Of a stretch of DNA of 47,078 bases, positions 1 through 8,454 are shown piece after piece. Each line of letters opens with the position of its first letter. Position 1 is the first letter of the stretch. The position numbers were made by a program, and so were the translations under genes. Under the pieces are notes generated by a model. That model saw nothing but the letters and a program-made list of their open reading frames with translations. It made no database searches and was not told the origin of the DNA. Origin of the DNA: Arcicella sp. (lineage in GTDB: Bacteria > Bacteroidota > Bacteroidia > Cytophagales > Spirosomataceae); contig JBBAKZ010000001.1 in assembly GCA_040403275.1 (NCBI GenBank), positions 1 through 47,078 of the forward strand, read 5' to 3'.

Positions 1-284
1 CAAAAAAGTGTAACGATTTTGGGTACCATGCCAGAATAATGCACCATTTCGATTACAATAAGTTTTATTTTCTCAATTAGTATAGCTTTCTTATCATCCA
101 TTAGCTCTAAACCAGATTCAAACAGAACTTTTTGTAATTGCTCTCTATGTTGTTCAGCAATGTTTTCAGCAAGTTCGACTTCTCCCAAATTAATACTCTT
201 ATAGGGTATCCCAATCCTATTCAGAGCGTCTTTTACCATAAGTTTACATCGCAAACTCACCATGAATTTTATATACAATTTCAT
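1..284 (-). CDS. AraC-family transcriptional regulator, N-terminal part (runs off window edge)
   Basis: Manual translation from ATG at 284: MKLYIKFMVSLRCKLMVKDALNRIGIPYKSINLGEVEL...GLELMDDKKAILIEKIKLIVIEMVHY. This is the N-terminus typical of Bacteroidota small AraC regulators (MVxxRC motif). Not in the ORF track. Confidence 0.75.
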   Translation of the reverse strand, partial: MKLYIKFMVSLRCKLMVKDALNRIGIPYKSINLGEVELAENIAEQHREQLQKVLFESGLELMDDKKAILIEKIKLIVIEMVHYSGMVPKIVTLF

Positions 285-358
285 ACCATAACCTTTTAGT
301 TTAATAAAGTTTAGATATAGTGGTTTTATGTAAGAGTAAGGGTTATTAAAACCTAACC

Positions 359-715
359 CTAATCTTCGTAACCGCTTTTGATGACCGTTGAAATCATTTT
401 AAATTTCTCTTTGGCATTAAAAAATTGAGAAGCATGAGCTGGAATTATAATACCTTGCCCAATGGTAAGTATATGGTTTTTGCCACGAATCATAATTTCG
501 GCTGTACCATCAATTATTTGAATGAAATTATCAAACGGAGAAATTTTTTCTGCCAACTCTTCTCCTGCATCAAAAGAAGAAGCCATTACATTACCTGTTA
601 TTTTTTTGACGATTGTTTTGCTCACGACTGCGTTTGGGATATATTCAATTATTTCAACTATGATATGTACTTTTTCTTTCTCTAATTCTTGACTATCCAT
701 TTTCATGATTTTCAT
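359..715 (-). CDS. Cupin domain protein
   Basis: 118 aa; SFDAGEELAEKISPFDNFIQIIDGTAEI...IIIPAH matches the cupin_2 pattern, although the usual His ligands are partly replaced. Confidence 0.8.
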   Translation of the reverse strand: MKIMKMDSQELEKEKVHIIVEIIEYIPNAVVSKTIVKKITGNVMASSFDAGEELAEKISPFDNFIQIIDGTAEIMIRGKNHILTIGQGIIIPAHASQFFNAKEKFKMISTVIKSGYED

Positions 716-1056
716 TTAATTATCGTATGGGCGTAAAGGTTAGCCAATTAAATGGTTTAATCATTACACATTTAATTATAATTATTGTATAATTCACTGA
801 TTTTGGTTTTGGAATTAAGCATTTCTGAATATTGGGTATGTAATTTAAAATAACTTGGTAAATAGACCATTGTCTAAATTATTTTTCAATTTTCGAATCA
901 ATCTTGTTACAAAATAAACCATCCTATAAAACACCACAATAATCAAACAAAACTCAGCGCTAAAAACGAGTTAAATCTTATAAAATAATTTAAAAAATGG
1001 GATTTTATGAAACCCCACACTCGCCAACAATACCCATTCATAAAATAGTTGGGTTT

Positions 1057-2073
1057 TTAACGATAAGGTTCAATAGTCTGAATTTTTCCATCAGCTCCAT
1101 ACGTAATTTCAGTAACTTTTACACTGCGTAAATGCGTTATGCCTTCTGAAAGACTTGAATCGTGATAAAATAAGTACCATTTGCCATCGACTTCGCAAAT
1201 AGAGTGATGGGTTGTCCAACCAACTACGGGATTTAAAATACGACCTTGATAAGTAAATGGGCCATAAGGACTATCGCCAGTAGCGTAACAAAGGAAATGG
1301 GTATCGCCTGTGGAATACGAAAAGTAATATTTTCCTTGATAAAAGTGCATCCAAGAAGCTTCAAAAAAGCGTTTATCATTATCACCCGCCAACATTGGGT
1401 TGCCATTTTCATCAAGTATTAATACTTCTTTCGGTGCTTCCGCAAAGCTAAGCATATCCTCCGTAAGTTTGGCTACTAATGGATTAAGTGCTATTTCGGT
1501 TGCTTCGGGTTCTTGATATTCAGCTGAATATTGATTATTGCGATAGCTTTGGAGTTGTCCACCCCAAAGTCCGCCAAAATATAGGTAAAAAGCACCATCT
1601 TTATCCTCAAAAACGGCTGGGTCAATTGAATAACTTCCTTCAATAGGTAGAGGCTCCGCCGCAAATGGCCCAATTGGCGAATCCGCTACTGCTACGCCAA
1701 TTTGAAAAATATCATTTGCTTTCTTGGCGGGGAAATACAGATAATATTTTCCGTTTTTATGGGCAGCATCGGGAGCCCACATTTGGCGTTCGGCCCAGGG
1801 CACGTCCTTCACATGCAGTGCTACACCATTATCAACGGCTTCACTGATTACAGAATCCATTGAAATTACGTGGTAATCTTCCATGGCAAAATGGCTACCT
1901 AAATCATCGAATGGAATACCAGCCTCAATATCGTGCGAGGGATAAATGTAAATTTTACCGTCGAATACATGTGCTGATGGGTCAGCGGTAAAAATATGTT
2001 TTACAAGTGGTTGAGAAATGGCTCTACGATTCAAATCTTCAAAATCAATATGTACTATGCTTTCTTCTGGCAT
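1057..2073 (-). CDS. xynB: GH43 (subfamily 1-like) beta-xylosidase/alpha-arabinofuranosidase
   Basis: Motifs FTADPSAHVF, WAPDAA, SIDPAVF, RFFEASW, WTTHHSI; no signal peptide. ATG at 2073 preferred over the ORF-track start at 2082. Confidence 0.92.
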   Translation of the reverse strand: MPEESIVHIDFEDLNRRAISQPLVKHIFTADPSAHVFDGKIYIYPSHDIEAGIPFDDLGSHFAMEDYHVISMDSVISEAVDNGVALHVKDVPWAERQMWAPDAAHKNGKYYLYFPAKKANDIFQIGVAVADSPIGPFAAEPLPIEGSYSIDPAVFEDKDGAFYLYFGGLWGGQLQSYRNNQYSAEYQEPEATEIALNPLVAKLTEDMLSFAEAPKEVLILDENGNPMLAGDNDKRFFEASWMHFYQGKYYFSYSTGDTHFLCYATGDSPYGPFTYQGRILNPVVGWTTHHSICEVDGKWYLFYHDSSLSEGITHLRSVKVTEITYGADGKIQTIEPYR

Positions 2074-2084
2074 TTTTTTCAATT

Positions 2085-3557
2085 TTATGCGTTTCTTCTT
2101 TCCTTTAGTTCTCTTTCAAGTTTCAATTCCATCTTTTTATCAATCTCGTACCAAATCACCAAAGTTGCGCCCAAAATAAAAATGATTCCTGGGTAAATGC
2201 TTACGGACATTTTAATACCCGATACTGCTTCTGCTGTTTGGTCAACTTTTTCGGCGTTATATCCCGATGTTGATAATAAGGTAGCACCAATGGCTCCACC
2301 AATACTCAAACCTGCTTTCAGACCAAAAATCATCGCAGAAAAAATGATGGCCGTTGCTCGGCGGTTATTTTTCCATTCGCTATAATCGGCTACATCAGCA
2401 ATCATCGCCCATAATAATGGAATTGTTACCCCGTAAGTAAGCCCGTGGAAAAGTTGAGTGATAAATACTATTCCGATGGAATCTCTCGAATAGAAGTTAA
2501 ACATGATTAAACACAAAGCCGAAAGTGTCAGGAATAGGCCAAAAATATTACGTTTCCCAAATTTGTCTGCCAAAGGTTTAGAAAACATGATACCCACAAT
2601 CATCATGATAATTCCGCCAGCATTAAATAAACTATTGGCTGAAGTTGGTGCATCTTCGGGCCATTCAAATTTTCCTAATCCTAAACCTGTAATGAAATGA
2701 TTTAACCCTTCAATAAAATGATTAAAACCAATGTCTTGCAAAAAAGTGGCTTGAGCGGTTGGATTAAGATAATATTTGAAATAATAAATATACATACCGC
2801 CTTTGAGCGATAAGGTAATGAAAATCAAAATCGTTAAAGAAAGCATAATTACCCAAGGGCGATTTTTCACTAAATCAGAAAGGTCTTGACCTACACTATT
2901 GGTCTCTTGTTTAGCCGATATTACTCTTTCTTTGGTGGTAAGAAAAGTGATTAGAAAACAAACAACACCAACCGTAGCAAAGAAAAACATGACTTTTTCA
3001 AAACCAGCCGCTTTGTCGCCATGACCAAGTGAAATCGCTAAAGGTAGTAATAATGATTGAATAATAAATTGAGCAACCATTACCGCCACAAATCTATACG
3101 ATGATAAACTATTACGGTCGGACATATCGCCCGTCATAACTCCACTCAAAGCTGAGTAGGGTAAATTATTGGCCGAGTAAACAAGTACCAACGAAAGATA
3201 GGTAATCAAAGCATAAATTACTTTTCCGTCTTCGCTAAAATTGGGCGTAGAAAATGCTAGAAGTGCAATTACACCAAAAGGAATCGAAGTCCAAAGAATC
3301 CAAGGACGGAATTTTCCCCAACGAGTATTAGTTCTATCGGCAATTAAACCCATGGCAATATTAAAAAACGCTCCGATAATTCCGCCTGTAAAAATTACGA
3401 TGCTGGCCTTTCCCGCTGGTATTTTATAGACATCGGTATAAAAATAGGCTAAAAAGGTCATCAAGGTTTGAAAAATCAAATTGGCAGCTAAATCTCCCAA
3501 ACTGTAGCCTACTTTCTCTAAAACTGAAAGTTTCTGTACTTCCTTATTCATATTCAT
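2085..3557 (-). CDS. GPH-family (MFS_2) xylo-oligosaccharide:cation symporter
   Basis: EKVGYSLGDLAANLIF, DRTNTRWGKFRPW, WAMIADVADY; multiple TM segments; lies between GH10 and GH43. Confidence 0.9.
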   Translation of the reverse strand: MNMNKEVQKLSVLEKVGYSLGDLAANLIFQTLMTFLAYFYTDVYKIPAGKASIVIFTGGIIGAFFNIAMGLIADRTNTRWGKFRPWILWTSIPFGVIALLAFSTPNFSEDGKVIYALITYLSLVLVYSANNLPYSALSGVMTGDMSDRNSLSSYRFVAVMVAQFIIQSLLLPLAISLGHGDKAAGFEKVMFFFATVGVVCFLITFLTTKERVISAKQETNSVGQDLSDLVKNRPWVIMLSLTILIFITLSLKGGMYIYYFKYYLNPTAQATFLQDIGFNHFIEGLNHFITGLGLGKFEWPEDAPTSANSLFNAGGIIMMIVGIMFSKPLADKFGKRNIFGLFLTLSALCLIMFNFYSRDSIGIVFITQLFHGLTYGVTIPLLWAMIADVADYSEWKNNRRATAIIFSAMIFGLKAGLSIGGAIGATLLSTSGYNAEKVDQTAEAVSGIKMSVSIYPGIIFILGATLVIWYEIDKKMELKLERELKERRNA

Positions 3558-3567
3558 ATGGGTTAAA

Positions 3568-4695
3568 TTATTTTGCTGCTTTTAAGTTTAATACAGCGTA
3601 ATAGGCTTTTTTAGGTTCTAAAGCTCTATCGAATAACAGAGGGTAATTGGTACGATTACGGATTGGAAAACCATTCAACCATGAATGACTATCATCAACT
3701 CCCCAAAAAGTTACTCGGCTAATTTTATCACGGTGTTTCAAGAAAATTTTGAAAATTTCTTTGTAACTATTGGCCAGTACCGTCTGAACTGAATCTGGCA
3801 AGGCGTCTTTGTACGGATTCATGGCCGGGTTTTCGGCAAATCGTTGATTTACATCAGCGCCCTTCATATCCCAAGGGTTAGGTAATACGGTAAGGTCTAA
3901 TTCGGTAAAAGCTACTTTAATTCCTAATTTTGAAAACTCAATAATTGATTCTTCAATTTCTTTTAAGTTGAGACTGTTGATACTCCAATGTCCTTGAATA
4001 CCCACGCCGTCAATTTTTGTACCACTTGCTTGCAGCTTTTTAATGAGTTCAATGGCTCCTTTCCGTTTGGCAGGTTGTTCAATATTATAATCATTATAAT
4101 ACAGCGCCGCTTTTGGGTCGGCTTTAGCGGCCAAGTCAAATGCTTCTTTGATATAACCTTCTCCTAATTTATTCAAAAAAACTGATTTTCGTAAGGTTCC
4201 GTCCTCGTTCAATGCTTCATTTACCACATCCCAACTATTCATTTTTCCAGCATATCTGCCAGCAACCGTGTTAATATGGTCGGTCATAAATATACGTACG
4301 GAATCTGCACTTTTAATCTTACTTACGAAAGTCGGTAATTGTGAATGCCAAACTAATGTATGACCTACAATGTACATATGATTCTTTTGTCCATACTCAA
4401 CATATTTATCGGCAATAGTAAAGTTGTAATTATTTTGTTCTGGGTGAATCGGTTGAGATTTCATGACATTCTCAGGCGTGATGGCATTGAATTCTCGCTT
4501 AATCAACTGATTGGCTTTTTCATTTTTTTCGAGAATGTGTTCTGTTCCCAAAGCCGTACCAATTAAAAAATCTTCTTGATAAACAGATTTAAGGGTTGGA
4601 ATTTTGTCTTGACTGAAAGACAGTTGGGATGCTAAAGCACAGATGGCCATTGTGCTAAAAAATGACTTTGTTTTTTTACGATAATTCATTCTCAT
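3568..4695 (-). CDS. xynA: GH10 endo-1,4-beta-xylanase
   Basis: TPENVMK, GHTLVWHSQ, WDVVNEA (acid/base), YNDYN, GIQGH, TELD (nucleophile), TFWGV; N-terminal signal-like segment. Confidence 0.95.
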   Translation of the reverse strand: MRMNYRKKTKSFFSTMAICALASQLSFSQDKIPTLKSVYQEDFLIGTALGTEHILEKNEKANQLIKREFNAITPENVMKSQPIHPEQNNYNFTIADKYVEYGQKNHMYIVGHTLVWHSQLPTFVSKIKSADSVRIFMTDHINTVAGRYAGKMNSWDVVNEALNEDGTLRKSVFLNKLGEGYIKEAFDLAAKADPKAALYYNDYNIEQPAKRKGAIELIKKLQASGTKIDGVGIQGHWSINSLNLKEIEESIIEFSKLGIKVAFTELDLTVLPNPWDMKGADVNQRFAENPAMNPYKDALPDSVQTVLANSYKEIFKIFLKHRDKISRVTFWGVDDSHSWLNGFPIRNRTNYPLLFDRALEPKKAYYAVLNLKAAK

Positions 4696-5324
4696 TATAT
4701 TATATGTTCTAATAAATAATACATTTTTTCAAATTTTAGCCCTGTTTTATATTATTATACCACATGATTCAATTGGGCATAATAAGGTGAATCAGTTATG
4801 GTCATACGCAAAAATTCCATTGATAGTATTGTAAAAATAAGACAATAAATTATCTAAATCTAAATACTTTTTGGGCGGTAACAAAGTAAGTACATCAATG
4901 AAAAAATCAGTAGCACATATCGCTATTTCTACGCATCAAATGTTCAACCAACATAAAATTATCAAATAAATACCTTTAATATTACTATAATGTAGATGAA
5001 ATCTGGTAAAAAATAGAAAAAATACCAGTAAGAATGCTCATTTCATCATTTAAGTGGAAGAAATGTTAAAATTATGAATACGAGTATTAGCATAAAATTT
5101 GATACAAACTTATAGCTAAAGTAAGATTGGTGATAATCACGTGGTCTCTTATTGGGCCAAAAGTAAGATGAAACCCTGTAAGTCGATGACTATCCGTAAC
5201 TTACAGAATGAAATTTTTAGGCTAAATTTCCGTATTTCCAAGCGTAAATTGTTGTTTAATCAATTCTAAAACGCAATTTGATGATTGGCTTACCAAAAGT
5301 GATAAAAACGGTAAATTTACACTA

Positions 5325-5363
5325 ATCAAACGCCTAAGGTTTTAAAAACCTTAGGCGTTTGAT
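5325..5363. repeat. REP-like perfect palindrome (19-bp arms), possible terminator of the phosphoesterase gene
   Basis: ATCAAACGCCTAAGGTTTT-A-AAAACCTTAGGCGTTTGAT read directly from the sequence. Confidence 0.8.
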
Positions 5364-5395
5364 ATAAAATTCCTACAAGTACCCACCTATAAACT

Positions 5396-8089
5396 TCATC
5401 TCTTTTTAAAATTCTCCTTTATTTCCTTCACATCATCCATTTCTGGCCCTTTCATGATTTTTCGCCAGTCGATGTTTCGATTGTATATTTTCATGGCTTT
5501 TTCCACATCAAAAACCCTTGGGTCGTGCATTTCTAACGTGTATGGTGCAAAATCTGGTTTTGAAGTAAAAAAATCTTGAAGCAACGACGCTGTTACGTCA
5601 TATTGGTTTACATAAGGTACTTTCAGAATATTGTAAATGGTTTTCAAGATAGAACCAAAGTTGGCGTGTGTATTGCTGACGTACCCTTTTTTGACATAAG
5701 GCCCGGCGAGCATGAGTACAGATCTATGGGCATCAATGTGGTCAACACCCCCTTGCGGGTCGTCTTCGGTGATGATTACCAGCATATTTTTCCAATAGGG
5801 TGTTCTTGAAAGAAAATGCAAAATACGACCCACCGCCAAGTCATTATCAGCTACAAACGACGCTCTTGTATCGTAACCGTCTTTAGGGCGTGGGTCTGAA
5901 GTATGGTCATTAGGAATTTGGACTGTGACCAACGATGGCATTTTTTCTTTTCCCTTCAACCACATTTTAGTAAACTCTTCCTCAAATTGGTTCATCCTAA
6001 ATTGATCAGGTATGTTTGAATTAAAACCTGCATAATTATGGCTGGTGCGGCTATACAATGCTTTTTGCATGGGAACCATCACACCATGCCCCGCACCAGT
6101 GGCTGTATCTGCCCAGCTTTCTCTTACGTGAGCGGTTTCGTTGGCTTCACCAAAATTATAAAAGGACACATTTTTCCTTTCCATTGCTTCCCAAATGCCA
6201 CCTTTTTCGGCATAGTCCTCCGGGTCCATGCTTCCTGTTGAGCCAGGAAAACGCCTTCCGGCTGCCTTAGTGAAGTATTTTGCAGTTTTATCTACACTTG
6301 AATTAGCTTCTACCCATTCGTTGGGTATTACGCCCATCATCCAGTGGTGACCGTGGATGGAGGCATCGCTATCGCAATAAAAATTATCGCTAAAAGCAAA
6401 GGTTTTGGCAATTTTATGGTGGTTTGGCGTAACTTTCATTTGTGAAAATTTCCCTCTTAAACTATCGGTTAGCGTATATTCGCAATTCACCCCAAATCTT
6501 GCCAAAGAAGAATCGCCTTTGCCCGCTTTGAGTTGCCCAAATATTTCATCGTAAGTCCTGTTTTCTTTGGTAATATAAACGATATGTTTGATTGGGCTTT
6601 TGCCGGTGTATGGGTCGATTGGTAATGGATTGTTATCAATCTTTTTTGTTTTTTCAGTAAATGTATTTGATATGGTTTGTTCCGTATACGTTTTTAAAGT
6701 AGCAGCATCTGGCATGGGAATTTTTTGAAATGTCCCCAGTTGAATATTCCCGACGTATGTTCCTTGAGGCGGTGCTGCGAAATCTTTGCCTCCATTAGGC
6801 CCCGCACCTAAACCACGGCAGGTAATAGCATAAATATTGGTTTCATCGGGTGAAAGTAAAACTCTGGTTGGGCCCCAGCCAGAAGGAATAAGTCCAATCG
6901 TTTTCTTTGAATTCACATCTATTACAGCAATCGCATTCATGCCCAATAATGCAACATAAAGCTTTTTTTCGTCTTTACTTAGCGTAATACCAAAGGGTAA
7001 AGCCCCTCTATATTTGTCAATTCTTTTGTCTATACTGATGGGAATATGGGCGACAATTTTATGAGCATTGTAGTCAATAACAGAAATATTATCATTGGTA
7101 GCGTTGGTTACATAAATATATTTGCTGCCCACTGCAATTGAGTTGGGACTTGCCCCGCCAACCACTTCGGTTTCCTCAATCATTTCGCCAATTTGATATC
7201 CCGTCTTGAACTTGTCAATAACTTTATTCGTGTTCAAATCTATTGAGAAAATGCTCATGGCCTCGGGTGACAAAGGACTGCCCACACCCGGGGCAAATTG
7301 CCCGTCAACGGTCGTGCCGTTGATTGATTCTTTGGTATTATCGCCATACGGATGCCTCGAAATGAGTTTTTCGTTATAATTCTTTTCGTTAATTCCTTCG
7401 ACCATCGGATACGCATACATACCTACATTGGCCACAAACGCCATTTTTTTATCTTTACTCAAAGCCAATCCAAATGGCTGACGACCCACATCGATTGATT
7501 TTTTCAAGGTTTTAGTTTTCAAATCGTACCTCACCAACCTGAAATTTCCTCTATCCAAAACAAGCAACTCATCTTTATGATAGACCAAATCAGACGTAAA
7601 GCTGTCTACGTATTTTATTCCATCAATTGTGCCATTGAGTGAAATAGAATCTACCATTTTTTTAGCTGAAATATCATAAACGAGCACAGCCCCATTATCG
7701 CCGCCACTCAAGAAAAGTGTGTTATTATCGTCCGCAAAAGCCACGCCAATAAACGAGCTTTCACCCAGAGGCTTCGCTTCTTTTTCTTCGTAGGAAGGAA
7801 TTCTTGTTGTACCCAAGTTTTCCAAATTAATGATGGTAAATACGCCATTGTGAAGGGTTACGGCTTTTTTCCCATCCGGCGATAGGCTCATGCCAAAAGG
7901 GTCATTCGTGATTCGTACCACATTGCCAGCAGGTCGTACCCAACGACCACTCGGCAAAACGGAAGTACCGTTTAAATTTATCTGTGCGTATTGGTCTATA
8001 CCAGGCACTTCCAAAATTTTCTTTTCTTTCACTTGGGCAAAAACTGAAATATTTGCCAAGCTGATAAACAGCAATAAAATTAGTCTCAT
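5396..8089 (-). CDS. Secreted YVTN/YncE beta-propeller fused to phosphoesterase (alkaline phosphatase/phospholipase C superfamily)
   Basis: Signal peptide; propeller repeats (VGRQPFGLAL, SPNSIAV, GWGPTRV); C-terminal IKHIVYITKENRTYD, DNFY, PNDHT, EDDPQGGVDHIDAHRS. Confidence 0.85.
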   Translation of the reverse strand: MRLILLLFISLANISVFAQVKEKKILEVPGIDQYAQINLNGTSVLPSGRWVRPAGNVVRITNDPFGMSLSPDGKKAVTLHNGVFTIINLENLGTTRIPSYEEKEAKPLGESSFIGVAFADDNNTLFLSGGDNGAVLVYDISAKKMVDSISLNGTIDGIKYVDSFTSDLVYHKDELLVLDRGNFRLVRYDLKTKTLKKSIDVGRQPFGLALSKDKKMAFVANVGMYAYPMVEGINEKNYNEKLISRHPYGDNTKESINGTTVDGQFAPGVGSPLSPEAMSIFSIDLNTNKVIDKFKTGYQIGEMIEETEVVGGASPNSIAVGSKYIYVTNATNDNISVIDYNAHKIVAHIPISIDKRIDKYRGALPFGITLSKDEKKLYVALLGMNAIAVIDVNSKKTIGLIPSGWGPTRVLLSPDETNIYAITCRGLGAGPNGGKDFAAPPQGTYVGNIQLGTFQKIPMPDAATLKTYTEQTISNTFTEKTKKIDNNPLPIDPYTGKSPIKHIVYITKENRTYDEIFGQLKAGKGDSSLARFGVNCEYTLTDSLRGKFSQMKVTPNHHKIAKTFAFSDNFYCDSDASIHGHHWMMGVIPNEWVEANSSVDKTAKYFTKAAGRRFPGSTGSMDPEDYAEKGGIWEAMERKNVSFYNFGEANETAHVRESWADTATGAGHGVMVPMQKALYSRTSHNYAGFNSNIPDQFRMNQFEEEFTKMWLKGKEKMPSLVTVQIPNDHTSDPRPKDGYDTRASFVADNDLAVGRILHFLSRTPYWKNMLVIITEDDPQGGVDHIDAHRSVLMLAGPYVKKGYVSNTHANFGSILKTIYNILKVPYVNQYDVTASLLQDFFTSKPDFAPYTLEMHDPRVFDVEKAMKIYNRNIDWRKIMKGPEMDDVKEIKENFKKR

Positions 8090-8198
8090 GATGATATTTT
8101 TCTGATTATAAATTTAAAGACAATGATAGTAACTTAAATAATAAGTCACTTTTATAACCTATTATGATTATGTAAAATCTTGGCTTGGGCATATTTAT

Positions 8199-8329
8199 GG
8201 AGTGCATCAAAAAGTGTGGGGAAAATATTTTTGAAGTACTTAACTCAAAAGTTATCGAGTTAAAATGGCTAATTTAAATCGATTCTTTAAAACATAAATT
8301 TAATTATCCCACACTTTTTGATGCACTCC
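8199..8329. mobile_element. 131-bp MITE-like element with perfect 22-bp terminal inverted repeats
   Basis: GGAGTGCATCAAAAAGTGTGGG (8199-8220) and CCCACACTTTTTGATGCACTCC (8308-8329) enclose an AT-rich non-coding interior. Confidence 0.75.
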
Positions 8330-8454
8330 TACCTTGTTTAGCTTATGAATAAACTAAGTTGCTTAGTGTTAAGATTTTCTATAAATTAATCTATTGCTAA
8401 CGATGAGGATATATTCGGATACTTATTTTACATCTTAAACTTTTCCATTCCTAC

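Noticed and set aside
8361-8412. Possible Pho-box-like 11-bp repeats (TTAAT..CTAAC) upstream of the TonB receptor
   Set aside because: Too degenerate to distinguish from AT-rich background without comparative data.
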